Virus record (IMG/VR): IMGVR_UViG_3300046002_006203
Span: 1-60,258 of that record
Origin: a virus
Taxonomy: Duplodnaviria > Caudoviricetes
Reading direction: 5' to 3' (one strand)
DNA length: 60,258 nucleotides
Made by a program: the position numbers and the translations under genes. The notes beneath the pieces are model-generated. The model made no database searches and was not told the DNA's origin. It was given only the letters and a program-made list of their open reading frames with translations. Numbering within the stretch: position 1 is the stretch's first letter; every line of letters begins with the position of its first letter. Of this stretch, positions 1-9,451 are shown one piece after another.

Positions 1-127
1 CCTGACCGGCAAAAGCGCAGTCAATGCCGAGTCAGGCATGAAGATCACCTTCACCAACGCTGGGGCAAAGAAGCTGTCTGGCCGCAAAGGCGATATCCTT
101 TTCCGTTCTGTGCCAGCATTGCGCGCT
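1..127 (+). repeat. 127-bp terminal direct repeat, copy 1 (circular assembly overlap)
   Basis: Identical to 60132-60258; lies inside a reading frame that continues across the join. Confidence 0.97.
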
Positions 128-3100
128 ATCATCGAAAATGGGGTTGTCGCGTCCACATCACCGGAAACCAAAGGCCGCCAGCACATCAAGGCGTGGCACC
201 ACATTTCCGCAACGGTCGTCATTGATGGGAAGCCGCGCGACCTGATCGCCCATGTCTTTGAAACACAGGACGGCAGTTTTCACTATGACCTTTCGCGGGA
301 TATGAGCGACGGGGCTAGGTTCATGCGCCTGAGCGCGGATACCTCGATTGCGGAAGACCGCTACGGTTTGGAAGACAACCCCGTCGAGGTGAATATAGAC
401 TTTGCGCCCGAAGTTGGCAAGGCTGATGGATCGGTTCCCGTGGGAGCGATGCGCGGCATAACGGCATCCTTGAACAAGGAACTCGCCAAATCCGGCCTTA
501 CTGGCAAGGTTTACCCGATCTTGGTTCGCCGGTTGCTTGGCGAATCCGGTGTTGAAATCGCTGGGCGCCAGCAGGGCCACAAGATCGAAATCAACGAGGC
601 CGTCAGCGACAAGATCGGCGTGCTGCGCCATGAAATCGTCCACGCCCTGCGCGATGATGCGCTCTGGGATAAGCCATTCGGCCTGTTCACCGGCGCGGAG
701 TGGAAAACCCTTGTCGCCCATGCCCGCGCCAACGAGGACATGATGGCGCGCATTGCCAAGGCCTATCCGAACCTGAACACCGCAGGCCAGATCGAGGAAG
801 TTGTGGCCGAACTCTACCGCGAGTGGGCGCAGGACCACGACACCAAGTCGGCAGTCGGCAAAGCCTTCGACAAGATCCGCGCCATGTTCCGCGCATTTGC
901 TTCGGCCCTGCGCGGCGAAGGGTTTGATGATGCGGCCCTTGTCATGGAGCGGATCGCGCGCGGCAAGATCGGTGGGCGCGGGCCGGATGGTCCGATGGGC
1001 GGCGGCAAGAAGGCCGCGCCTGAAATGCGCGCGCCCAGCGTTGAAAGCGCAGCCTTCAAGGCATGGTTCGCCAACAGCAAGGTGATAGACGGCGATGGAA
1101 AGCCGCTGGTGGTTTATCATGCCACAAACGCTGACTTTAATGCCTTTGATCGCGCTAAACTTGGTAGGAATGTTACGGCTGCCAGCACCAAAATGGCGGC
1201 AACTGCAAAGATTGGACACTGGTTTTCAGATCACGACATATCGTCGGATGCCGCAATGGCAGTTGTCATGCCGACATACCTTTCAATTGCAAATCCAATT
1301 GAAACTGATCTGTTGTCACTAGCTGATGCAATCGAATCTGCTGGCGGCCCAAAGCGGTTTATTCTGGCGGCACGAGAACAAGGCCATGACGGGGCTATCG
1401 TGGTCGATGAAGAGTTTGGTGGGAAGTCATATGTTGCCTTCTCACCAACTCAGATCAAATCCGCATTCAATCGCGGCACTTGGGACGCATCCAACCCAAA
1501 GATTTCTGAAATGCGTCTGGACCTTCTGAAATCGAAGGCGACTGCGCTGGTAGGCACCGGCCACTGGCGCAGCCCGTCTGACTGGCTGACCGATGCGATG
1601 AACGGCAAGAGCGGCTATAACACCCTGTCATTGGTCCCAAGCCGCCCGCTGTTCAGTGAACTTGGAAAGTGGTCATTCGGTGCCAAGGCTTACCTCAAGG
1701 CCAAAGAGGGGATGGATGCGCTCCGCAACGAATGGCACGCACGGGCCGATGTGGTATCGCAGGCATGGTTGAAGATCGCCCGCAAGAACCAGAAGGCCAA
1801 TGAGTCCTTCATGGAACTGATGCACCTGTCCACTATCGAGGGGATCGACCCGTCGCGCGTGGATACTTGGGAACACCCGTTCTATGGCGTCGCCAAGGCA
1901 TCTATCGCCCGTCTGGGTGACAAGGCTCCTGACTGGGCCAAGGACGCTGTGCGGGCCACTGAGCGGCACCACGCATCCTACAAGAACCTGACCGTCCTGT
2001 ATGACGCGCTGCCTGCCGAGTTTCAGGCGATGTATCGGAAGGTGCGGAACGAATACGACGATCTTGGCGACGACTTTGAAAAGGCCGTGATCGACAATAT
2101 CCGCCAAGGCACCAAGATCGGCATCAAGCGGGCCGAGCGGGCCTATCAAAAGGAGTTGGCGCGGATCAAGGACGAGGGATTGACCGGCGACGAGAAGGCC
2201 GAGGCAGAGGAAAAGGCCAAGCAGGCCCATGACGCGGTGAAATCGCGCGGCGGCTGGGCATCGGAAGCGCGGATCGGGATGCTGCGGCAGACCTTCGAGT
2301 CCAATCGGTTGAAGGGGCCATATTTCCCGCTGGCGCGCTTCGGTGATTTCTTCGTCACCACCCGCGACCACACCGGCAAGGTTGTGTCCTTCGCCCGCTT
2401 TGAAAGCGTCAAGGATCAGAAGGCGTTTCAGGCCGAGCAAGAGGCGCTCTATCCGGGCAAGGTCCAGATCGGCACCATGTCCAACAAGGAAGAGTTGAAG
2501 TCGCAGGTTGACCCCAACTTTGTGGCCGATGTGGAGCGGATGCTTGCAGAGTCCGGCGCTTCTTCCGAGGTTATGGATGCCGTCTGGCAACGCTGGCTGG
2601 AGACATTGCCGGATCAGTCAATCCGCACATCGAAGATCCACCGCAAGAACCAAGCTGGTTTCGCCAAGGATGCCTTCCGCGCGTTTGGCAAGCATATGTT
2701 CCACGGCGCGCACCAACTGGCACGCCTGCGCTACGGCATGGTGATGGAGGAACACCTGAACGATGCCGAGGACGAGGCGCGCAAGGCAAAAGACCCCAAC
2801 CGCGCTGGCCTGATCGTCAACGAAATGCGCCGCCGCCATGAGTTCACCATGAACCCGCAGGGCAACGCTGTGGTAGCGTCCATGTCTGGGCTGGCCTTCA
2901 TCTGGTATCTGGGAGCAACGCCAGCCGCCGCCCTTGCCAACGTGTCCCAGACAACCGTTGTCGGCATCCCGATCTTGGCCGCGCGCTTCACCAAGGCGGG
3001 TTTCTCCGGGGCCATGTCCCAGATCGCCAAGGCGACCAAGGATTTTGCCAACGGGAAGGGCCATGCTGACAAGTCGGCAAACCTGACCGACGCCGAGCGC

Positions 3101-4393
3101 GACGCCTTCCGCCAAGCCTACAAGCGCGGCACCATCGACAAGACGCAGGCGCATGATCTGGCATCGGTGGCCGAAACAGGCATCGAATACAACGCGCGCC
3201 GCGAGAAGGTGATGCGCGTGATCGGCGCCATGTTCCACCACACCGAGCGGTTCAACCGCGAAGTGACCTTCCTCGCAAGCTACCGGCTGGCCGTGGCCGA
3301 TGGGCTGGCCCATGAGGAAGCGATTGACGCCGCCGCAGATTCGACGTGGAAAATCCACTTCGACTACCAGAATACGAGCCGCCCGCGCATCATGCAGAGC
3401 GATATCGGGAAGTTGCTCACGGTCTTCCGCAACTACTCTGTGAATATGCTGTGGCGTCTTTTCCGCGATACACATCAAGCACTTAACGGTGCAAGCAAGG
3501 AGGAACGGGCGGAGGCGCGCACCCAACTGATCGGGCTTTCGCTGTCAATGATGGCGCACGCCGGTATCAAGGGCGTCTGGGGCTACGGCCTGATTATGAT
3601 GCTGCTGGGCATGTTCTTCTCTGGCGGTAGCGATGATGCCGAGGAATGGTTGCAAGACGCATTGCTGATGGAGGGCGACTCCGCTGGTGTCGCGGCTTGG
3701 AACTATGCCATGGGGGCCGCGCTGCAAGGCATCCCCGGCCAAGTCGCAAGGATAAACCTGACGGACCGGATCGGTATGCCAAACCTGTGGTTCCGTGGCG
3801 CCGACCGCGACCTTGAGGGCGAGGATCTCTACGCGCACTATGTAGGGGAATTGCTGGGTCCGGTCTTCGGGATTGGCGAGGGCGTCTTCCGTGGTGTGTC
3901 GTTGGCTGCGGATGGCAACCTGTGGCGCGGGACCGAGGCGGCATCCCCGAAAGTGATCCGCGACTTGATGAAGGGGTATCGCTTCGCTGCCGATGGCGCG
4001 CTGACTCTGAACGGCGACGATATCGTGGCCGATGTTTCGCCCTACCAGATCATCATGCAGGTCAACGGTTTCACCCCCGCCCAGATCGCGGAGCGTTACG
4101 ATATCAATAACCGCCTCAAGAATGGGGAAAAGCAGATCGTTGACGAGCGCACCGGCATTCAGCGTGAGGCTGGCGATGCGCTGCGGTCTGGCGCGGGGCT
4201 TTCGGAATCCATGATTGAGAAGATCCGCGACTTCAACCGGCGATACCCTGAATATCCGATCACCGGCGAAACCATCGGGCAGTCGATCAAGAGCCGGATG
4301 CGGGCCAGCAGCCGCAACGAATCCGGCATTGCGTTGAACCCGAAATTGAACGACCGGCTTCGGTCAGAAGAGCCTCCGGCGATATACAACTAG
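2..4393 (+). CDS. darB: C-terminal part of the giant DarB-like protein (LPD3-like, HExxH zincin, ADP-ribosyltransferase-like, PLxRFG domains)
   Basis: In frame with the 47266 ORF via the terminal overlap; HEIVH 629-643; FKAWF..PLVVYHAT..YVAFSPTQIKS ~1050-1500; YFPLARFG 2321-2344. Confidence 0.88.
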   Translation: MTGKSAVNAESGMKITFTNAGAKKLSGRKGDILFRSVPALRAIIENGVVASTSPETKGRQHIKAWHHISATVVIDGKPRDLIAHVFETQDGSFHYDLSRDMSDGARFMRLSADTSIAEDRYGLEDNPVEVNIDFAPEVGKADGSVPVGAMRGITASLNKELAKSGLTGKVYPILVRRLLGESGVEIAGRQQGHKIEINEAVSDKIGVLRHEIVHALRDDALWDKPFGLFTGAEWKTLVAHARANEDMMARIAKAYPNLNTAGQIEEVVAELYREWAQDHDTKSAVGKAFDKIRAMFRAFASALRGEGFDDAALVMERIARGKIGGRGPDGPMGGGKKAAPEMRAPSVESAAFKAWFANSKVIDGDGKPLVVYHATNADFNAFDRAKLGRNVTAASTKMAATAKIGHWFSDHDISSDAAMAVVMPTYLSIANPIETDLLSLADAIESAGGPKRFILAAREQGHDGAIVVDEEFGGKSYVAFSPTQIKSAFNRGTWDASNPKISEMRLDLLKSKATALVGTGHWRSPSDWLTDAMNGKSGYNTLSLVPSRPLFSELGKWSFGAKAYLKAKEGMDALRNEWHARADVVSQAWLKIARKNQKANESFMELMHLSTIEGIDPSRVDTWEHPFYGVAKASIARLGDKAPDWAKDAVRATERHHASYKNLTVLYDALPAEFQAMYRKVRNEYDDLGDDFEKAVIDNIRQGTKIGIKRAERAYQKELARIKDEGLTGDEKAEAEEKAKQAHDAVKSRGGWASEARIGMLRQTFESNRLKGPYFPLARFGDFFVTTRDHTGKVVSFARFESVKDQKAFQAEQEALYPGKVQIGTMSNKEELKSQVDPNFVADVERMLAESGASSEVMDAVWQRWLETLPDQSIRTSKIHRKNQAGFAKDAFRAFGKHMFHGAHQLARLRYGMVMEEHLNDAEDEARKAKDPNRAGLIVNEMRRRHEFTMNPQGNAVVASMSGLAFIWYLGATPAAALANVSQTTVVGIPILAARFTKAGFSGAMSQIAKATKDFANGKGHADKSANLTDAERDAFRQAYKRGTIDKTQAHDLASVAETGIEYNARREKVMRVIGAMFHHTERFNREVTFLASYRLAVADGLAHEEAIDAAADSTWKIHFDYQNTSRPRIMQSDIGKLLTVFRNYSVNMLWRLFRDTHQALNGASKEERAEARTQLIGLSLSMMAHAGIKGVWGYGLIMMLLGMFFSGGSDDAEEWLQDALLMEGDSAGVAAWNYAMGAALQGIPGQVARINLTDRIGMPNLWFRGADRDLEGEDLYAHYVGELLGPVFGIGEGVFRGVSLAADGNLWRGTEAASPKVIRDLMKGYRFAADGALTLNGDDIVADVSPYQIIMQVNGFTPAQIAERYDINNRLKNGEKQIVDERTGIQREAGDALRSGAGLSESMIEKIRDFNRRYPEYPITGETIGQSIKSRMRASSRNESGIALNPKLNDRLRSEEPPAIYN

Positions 4394-4431
4394 CGCCGGA
4401 GCGCAATATCTGGTATCCATCGCCTCGTAGG

Positions 4432-4489
4432 CGCATAGGACGTGCGGCGGTCAATAGGGTTTATCCCAGCAGATCGAGAGCGTCATATG
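4432..4489 (+). promoter_or_regulatory. Lysis-operon leader: GGA-loop hairpin and alternative start-sequestering stem
   Basis: CGCAT-AGGAC-GTGCG (4432-46); CATAG.GACGT (4434-43) can pair with GCGTC.A.TATG (4480-89). Confidence 0.7.
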
Positions 4490-4552
4490 TTTGCAAGCAC
4501 ACAGAATTTGCGCTGCAACTATTCCGCACCTCCAGCATTGGGGGCGCAATAG
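4487..4552 (+). CDS. 21-aa leader uORF coupled to the holin
   Basis: GAGAG then ATG 4487; MFASTQNLRCNYSAPPALGAQ; its TAG overlaps the holin GTG at 4552. Confidence 0.4.
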   Translation: MFASTQNLRCNYSAPPALGAQ

Positions 4553-4935
4553 TGCAGGGCGAACCAATCACATTTTGGGACAACATTATCGCCTTCTTTG
4601 GGGCGATCTGTTTTTGGCTGACCGGAGAGAGCGGGCGCGTCTTGGTCGCGTCTGGCCTCGGCGGCTTGGTTCGCTGGTTCTCGATGGAGAAGCGCCGGAT
4701 CAGAACTGGCGTCATGTCCATCGTCGGCGGTGCAATCTGCGGGTTCTACCTGTGGCCCATCATCCTGCGTATCCCTACGGTCTGGGGCGCGGAAATTATT
4801 GATAAAGCGCCTGAAAATATCGCCATGGCTGGTTTCTTGGCGGGGACTATCGGCGTTTCGGCTGTGAAAATCATCACGGCAATCGTGGAGGCGCGCGGCC
4901 TGAAACTCGCACAGGGGAGTGACCCAGATGCGTGA
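4552..4935 (+). CDS. Putative holin
   Basis: 127 aa with several hydrophobic segments, directly upstream of the endolysin. Confidence 0.7.
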   Translation: MQGEPITFWDNIIAFFGAICFWLTGESGRVLVASGLGGLVRWFSMEKRRIRTGVMSIVGGAICGFYLWPIILRIPTVWGAEIIDKAPENIAMAGFLAGTIGVSAVKIITAIVEARGLKLAQGSDPDA

Positions 4936-5035
4936 TCGGCCAGTGCGGAAGGTCTTGCGTGAAGAGGCCCGCACTTGGGGCGTCATTGCAATCATCTTGC
5001 TGATCTATCTGGGGGCGCACGCATGGACTACCTGA
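4928..5035 (+). CDS. 35-aa single-TM protein (antiholin or lysis accessory candidate)
   Basis: MRDRPVRKVLREEARTWGVIAIILLIYLGAHAWTT; GGGAG upstream; overlaps both neighbours. Confidence 0.5.
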   Translation: MRDRPVRKVLREEARTWGVIAIILLIYLGAHAWTT

Positions 5036-5634
5036 CGACTTTCAAAGGCAAAGCAAAGCCTATCGACCCTGTGGACTATGGCCGCCTTGGTCGCCTTTTG
5101 TCTGTTGGAGAGGACGAATTGCGCGCGGTGGTCGAGGTGGAATGCCGTGGCTCTGGGTTCGATGCGCTTGGCCGCCCGAAGATGCTTTTCGAGCCGCATG
5201 TGTTCTGGCGCGAACTTGGCGAACAGAAGCGCGTCGTCGCGTTCAATCAGGGACTCGCTTATCCGAAGTGGGGAACCAAGCCATACCCCAAGGACAGTTA
5301 CCCCCACCTTGAGGCCGCGATGAAGATCGACCGGCCCTGCGCCCTGCGTGCAGCGTCGTGGGGGCTGGGGCAGATCCTCGGCGTGAACCACAAGGCCGCT
5401 GGCTATGCCAGTGCGGAAGCGATGGTTCTGGCCTTCCTTGACGACGAGGAAAAGCACCTTGAGGCTATGGTGCGATTCATCTTGGCCGAGAACCTTGATG
5501 ATGATCTTCGCCGCCACGATTGGAGCGGATTCGCGCGGGGCTACAATGGCCCGAAGTATGCCACCCATGGGTATCATACCAATCTTGCGGCGGCTTACGC
5601 CAAGTGGGTCGCGCGCCCTGATGTGAAGGCATAG
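5023..5634 (+). CDS. Endolysin, N-acetylmuramidase (DUF3380-like)
   Basis: AVVEVE..G.GF, LFEPHVF, SWGLGQILG.NH, W..FARGYNGP.Y motifs. Confidence 0.9.
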   Translation: MDYLTTFKGKAKPIDPVDYGRLGRLLSVGEDELRAVVEVECRGSGFDALGRPKMLFEPHVFWRELGEQKRVVAFNQGLAYPKWGTKPYPKDSYPHLEAAMKIDRPCALRAASWGLGQILGVNHKAAGYASAEAMVLAFLDDEEKHLEAMVRFILAENLDDDLRRHDWSGFARGYNGPKYATHGYHTNLAAAYAKWVARPDVKA

Positions 5635-5638
5635 GGCG

Positions 5639-5911
5639 ATGAACCAGACCATCATCATTGCGGCCCTTCTGATGGTCCTTGGCGCGGGCGGGGCAGGCTA
5701 TGTCAAAGGTCAGCGCGATAACGAGGCGCGGCATGTTGCGGCGGCGCTGGAGCAGGCCGAGGCCGATGCAGAGGCCGCGCGCAAACTTGCGGCAGCCGAG
5801 CAAGAGGCGCGGCTCCTCGCGCGGGAATTGGAGGATCGAGCCTATGCGGACCCTGTTGCTGTGCCTGTGTGCCTGTCTGCTGACAGGGTGCGGCGGCTCA
5901 ATCTCCGCTAG
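5639..5911 (+). CDS. i-spanin (Rz-like)
   Basis: N-terminal TM followed by an Ala-rich coiled coil and a C-terminal Cys; after the endolysin. Confidence 0.75.
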   Translation: MNQTIIIAALLMVLGAGGAGYVKGQRDNEARHVAAALEQAEADAEAARKLAAAEQEARLLARELEDRAYADPVAVPVCLSADRVRRLNLR

Positions 5912-6047
5912 GCCCGCTGTTCCCCCCTGCGCTGATCCTGTGGTGCTGCCGGATCGGGCGCTGTCGGATCGGGACGTGGAGGTGATGTGGGGCCGTGACC
6001 GATCTGCGCTGCGCGAGTGCGCCGCGCGTCTGAAATCTCAACTCTGA
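5844..6047 (+). CDS. o-spanin lipoprotein (Rz1-like)
   Basis: GGAGGA RBS; lipobox LLTGC; Pro-rich; overlaps the 3' end of Rz. Confidence 0.8.
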   Translation: MRTLLLCLCACLLTGCGGSISARPAVPPCADPVVLPDRALSDRDVEVMWGRDRSALRECAARLKSQL

Positions 6048-6064
6048 TCTGAAAGGAAACACTC

Positions 6065-6487
6065 ATGTCGTTCCAATTTTCCGTGGCGGCGCGCAACGCA
6101 CAACTTGATGCTATCGAGACGGCCATCGGTGCCTCGGCCATCTTGAAAATCCGCACGGGCGCTGTGCCTGCGACCTGTGCCACGGCGGATGCTGGCACGG
6201 TGCTTGCCACGCTGGCGCTGCCTGCTGACTGGATGGCTGCCGCATCGGCTGGGGCCAAGGCGCTGGCGGGGACGTGGCAAGATGCCTCGGCAGATGCGAC
6301 CGGCACGGCGGCGCATTTTCGGATCTACGCCAGCGACGGCGTGACGTGCCATTGGCAGGGAACCGTCTCGCAGGACGCGGCCAATGGGGGGACCGGCGAT
6401 CTCAAATTGGCTCAGGCCACGGCTGATCTGGTTGCGGGTCAGCAACTCACGATCACGGCTATGACCCTGACCGCCAGCGGTGCCTGA
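6065..6487 (+). CDS. Virion structural protein (fibre-associated)
   Basis: AAAGGA RBS; Ala/Thr/Gly beta-rich 140 aa; heads a fibre module. Confidence 0.6.
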   Translation: MSFQFSVAARNAQLDAIETAIGASAILKIRTGAVPATCATADAGTVLATLALPADWMAAASAGAKALAGTWQDASADATGTAAHFRIYASDGVTCHWQGTVSQDAANGGTGDLKLAQATADLVAGQQLTITAMTLTASGA

Positions 6488-6488
6488 C

Positions 6489-6719
6489 ATGGCTGGAACG
6501 GGGTATTTCGCGCAGGTCGAGGCGGATGGGTTGGTCACGGACCTGCGGCGCGTCTCGTCAGAGCGGATCGCGGCAAACCCCGACCTCTATCCGGGCATCT
6601 GGATCGAGGTGCCTGACATGGCACAATATCCGGCGGCAGGCTGGGTCTGGGCAGATGGGGTATTCACGCCCCCGCCCGCATCGGAACGGCCGGTGTTGAA
6701 TTGGGATGATACAGCATGA
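6489..6719 (+). CDS. Small fibre-associated or chaperone-like protein
   Basis: YFAQVEADGLV...GWVWADGVFTPP, similar in style to the N-terminus of 42511..42936. Confidence 0.55.
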   Translation: MAGTGYFAQVEADGLVTDLRRVSSERIAANPDLYPGIWIEVPDMAQYPAAGWVWADGVFTPPPASERPVLNWDDTA

Positions 6720-8287
6720 CAGCGGCAACAGGCGGCACAGTCACCTATGCCAATATCGGCGGGGTGGATTACACCATCCACACATTCACGGCTGACGGCA
6801 CGTTCACGGTCAGCACGGGCGGGTCTGACATTGAATATCTGCTTGTCGCTGGCGGCGGGTCGGGCGGATTTCTTGTAGCTGAAACCGGCGTCGGCGGCGG
6901 TGGCGCTGGCGGCGTCCTGCATAATTCAGGGTCGCCCATTGCACTCTCTGCCGGGGCATTTCCGATTGTCGTCGGTGTGGGCGGTGCGCGTCGGTCTACG
7001 GCTGGTGCTGGTAATAATGGCGCTTCAAGCACGTTCAACGGATTGTCGGCTATCGGCGGCGGTGGTGGGGGATGGGGGACCACGACTGCGGGCGGTAATG
7101 GTGGGTCTGGCGGCGGCGGCGGGCGCACCACCAATCAAGGCACCGGCACGGCGGGTCAGGGCAATAATGGCGGCAAGGGCATCACAAGTGCTGGGCCGAC
7201 CAGATACCACGGCGGCGGCGGCGGCGGCGCTGGCGCTGTCGGTGCCGATGCTTCCGCCGCGTCCAGCGGCGCGGGTGGCAACGGTGTCACCATCAATTTC
7301 AACGGCGTCTCAACGACCTATGGCGGTGGTGGCGGTGGGTCGGGCTATCTCACTCCCGCAGCGGGTGGGTCTGGTGGCGGCACGGCGGGTCAGCGTGGCG
7401 CTGCCAGTGCGGACGGGACTGATGGACTTGGCGGCGGGTCTGGCGGGTCTAATACGACATACAGCGGTAAGGGCGGCGACGGTGCCGTGGTCATCCGCTA
7501 TCCCACGCCGCCATCAGGCGTCACGGGGACCGGCAGCGGCACAGCCAGCGTAACAGGATCGGGTGAGGCTTCGGTAGCAGTTGCCGCCTCTGGTTCTGGC
7601 ACGGCCAGTATCTCGGGGTCCGGTGAGGCCGCAGTTGCCGTCACCGGCATCGGGGCGGGGCTTGCCTCTGTCACCGGCGACGGGACGGCTACGGTGGGTG
7701 TGGCTGGCGCTGGCGCTGGTAATGTTGCCGTAACAGGCACGGGCGCGGGGGCAGTCGCCATATCCGGCGCTGGGGCTGGCACAGCCGATGTCAGCGGGTC
7801 TGGTGCAGCGGTAGTGCAGGTCAGTGCCGTTGGGGTGGGTCTAGCCTCGGTATCAGGATCAGCTACCGCCACGGCTGAGGTTGCTGGCCCCACAGGTGTT
7901 GGCGCGGGTGAGGCTTCCGTCTCTGGCGCTGGCACCGGCACTGTGGCGGTTGTGGGCATCGGGGCGGGCGATGCGTCCATATCGGGGGCAGGCACGGCCA
8001 CGGTGCAGGTTTCGGCGGATGGGGCCGGTTCTGTCTCGGTCGATGGATCTGGCACAGCGGCGGTGCAGGTTCAGGCCGTTGGTGCTGGTGTCGCCTCGAT
8101 CACGGGGCATGGATACGGTGATGCCATAACGCTCACCGCTACCGCGGAAGTCTTGGCTGTTGTCGGCGTGAAATTGGCTGCCGGTGCGGTGCGTAGCTAT
8201 GCCGCGTCAGGTATGTATCGGCGTCAAATCGAGGCTGCATCCCGCGTTTCGGCGCACACACTCAACGCAATTTGGAGGGCAGCATGA
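6716..8287 (+). CDS. Glycine-rich fibre protein with ~10 tandem 20-aa repeats
   Basis: HTFT.DGTF..LLVAGGG.GG ... GG.G.VVIRY Gly-rich domain, then repeats like GxGAGxASVSGxGxAxVxVx. Confidence 0.7.
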   Translation: MTAATGGTVTYANIGGVDYTIHTFTADGTFTVSTGGSDIEYLLVAGGGSGGFLVAETGVGGGGAGGVLHNSGSPIALSAGAFPIVVGVGGARRSTAGAGNNGASSTFNGLSAIGGGGGGWGTTTAGGNGGSGGGGGRTTNQGTGTAGQGNNGGKGITSAGPTRYHGGGGGGAGAVGADASAASSGAGGNGVTINFNGVSTTYGGGGGGSGYLTPAAGGSGGGTAGQRGAASADGTDGLGGGSGGSNTTYSGKGGDGAVVIRYPTPPSGVTGTGSGTASVTGSGEASVAVAASGSGTASISGSGEAAVAVTGIGAGLASVTGDGTATVGVAGAGAGNVAVTGTGAGAVAISGAGAGTADVSGSGAAVVQVSAVGVGLASVSGSATATAEVAGPTGVGAGEASVSGAGTGTVAVVGIGAGDASISGAGTATVQVSADGAGSVSVDGSGTAAVQVQAVGAGVASITGHGYGDAITLTATAEVLAVVGVKLAAGAVRSYAASGMYRRQIEAASRVSAHTLNAIWRAA

Positions 8288-8574
8288 TTAAGTCATGGGC
8301 GGCTGATACTCTCGTAATCGACGTTCCCGTCACATTTGAAGCGGGGGCGGCAATTTCGGATCTGACTGGGGGTGCCGCCATTGCGGTGGCGTCCCATGAG
8401 GATGGCGCGATTCAGAACGGAGCCGCCACTGTTGTTGGCGCGGCACTGGTAAGGGTGGTGTTCACGGCTGGCTCTCTTGCCGCAGGGATTTGGAACTTGC
8501 AGGTCAGGGTGACGGTATCGAGCGTTGTCAGGACTCTGGTGGATACAGACATGAGCATTGCTCCAAGCCTTTAA
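8284..8574 (+). CDS. Small beta-sandwich structural protein
   Basis: 96 aa, ATGA overlap, ends the module; LAAGIWNLQVRVT. Confidence 0.5.
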   Translation: MIKSWAADTLVIDVPVTFEAGAAISDLTGGAAIAVASHEDGAIQNGAATVVGAALVRVVFTAGSLAAGIWNLQVRVTVSSVVRTLVDTDMSIAPSL

Positions 8575-8898
8575 TCAATCATCCTCCAGATCGAGCGTTC
8601 CGTTTGCCAACCGTTCAAGCACGTCTGACAGCGCGTTCTGCACAGCATCTATAATCTCGCCCCGCATCTGTGCGGCACGGCGTTTCTTCGTGGCGCTGGG
8701 GTGTTCCAGCACCGGCACGGCCCCGTCTGCGATTGTCACCTGCCGTTCCAGTTCATCCCATACCGCATCACAGGCCGAGGCGTGGGTTTCTACAGCCTCG
8801 CGCAATGACCGCTTCCACAGGGTCTTGTCGTCGCGCGCCTTGATCGCAGCGCGGGCGAGGGCCAGCAGGTGCAGGTGATCGGGGGATAGGGCGGTCAT
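8575..8898 (-). CDS. Hypothetical protein
   Basis: ATGA-coupled last gene of the leftward operon. Confidence 0.6.
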   Translation of the reverse strand: MTALSPDHLHLLALARAAIKARDDKTLWKRSLREAVETHASACDAVWDELERQVTIADGAVPVLEHPSATKKRRAAQMRGEIIDAVQNALSDVLERLANGTLDLEDD

Positions 8899-9167
8899 GG
8901 CAATTCCCCTTCGCACTTCATCTCCGGCATCTTCCCGTCGAGGTGCGCGGCTTCCTTCTTGGCCGGATCGGCATTGTGCCATTCGCAGGTATCTGACCCA
9001 CGCGGTTCATGGCCGAAGCTACCGTCGATGAAACCGTGTGCCGTTCTGCGGCCTGATCTGCCGCCCCAGAAATGGCACAGCCCCCAATCACGTTCTTCTG
9101 CGCGGAAATTGTTGCTGCGCTCCCACCAGCGGCATGACGAACAGCGCCGTGTATTTGCTCTGGTCAT
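8895..9167 (-). CDS. Cys-rich hypothetical protein
   Basis: CSSCRWW..WGLC..DTCEW; coupled overlaps. Confidence 0.6.
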   Translation of the reverse strand: MTRANTRRCSSCRWWERSNNFRAEERDWGLCHFWGGRSGRRTAHGFIDGSFGHEPRGSDTCEWHNADPAKKEAAHLDGKMPEMKCEGELP

Positions 9168-9451
9168 GGCTGCACCTGTGCTGGCAGGGACCGCAGCCAA
9201 TCGTTGACCTCGGCGGCGGGCAGGATTGTGGGGCTGGCCGATCTGGCGGCGGGCTGGGGCGCTTGCATCCGCTTCCAGTAGGATTCCTTCGCCAGATAGA
9301 GCGACTTGATCCGCTCGTCTGTGTTGCGGTTGCGGTATTGCGCTGGGGCCAGATCCATGCCGATGGCTTCTTCGATGATCTTTTCCAGCACATCGGCCTT
9401 CATCTTACGGGCCATGTTTTCTGTCAGGAGTGCGTAACTGGGCGCGGTCAA
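9164..9451 (-). CDS. Hypothetical protein
   Basis: 4-nt overlaps with both neighbours. Confidence 0.6.
   Translation of the reverse strand: MTAPSYALLTENMARKMKADVLEKIIEEAIGMDLAPAQYRNRNTDERIKSLYLAKESYWKRMQAPQPAARSASPTILPAAEVNDWLRSLPAQVQP

Noticed and set aside
38-4393. Stand-alone 1451-aa gene starting at ATG 38
   Set aside because: The frame is open upstream across the join and there is no strong SD; it is the C-terminus of the 47266 ORF.
6850-8120. CRISPR array, collagen or DGR repeats
   Set aside because: Repeats are degenerate protein-level Gly-rich or 20-aa units; no identical DNA repeats with spacers, no G-X-Y run, and no reverse transcriptase recognised anywhere in the window.
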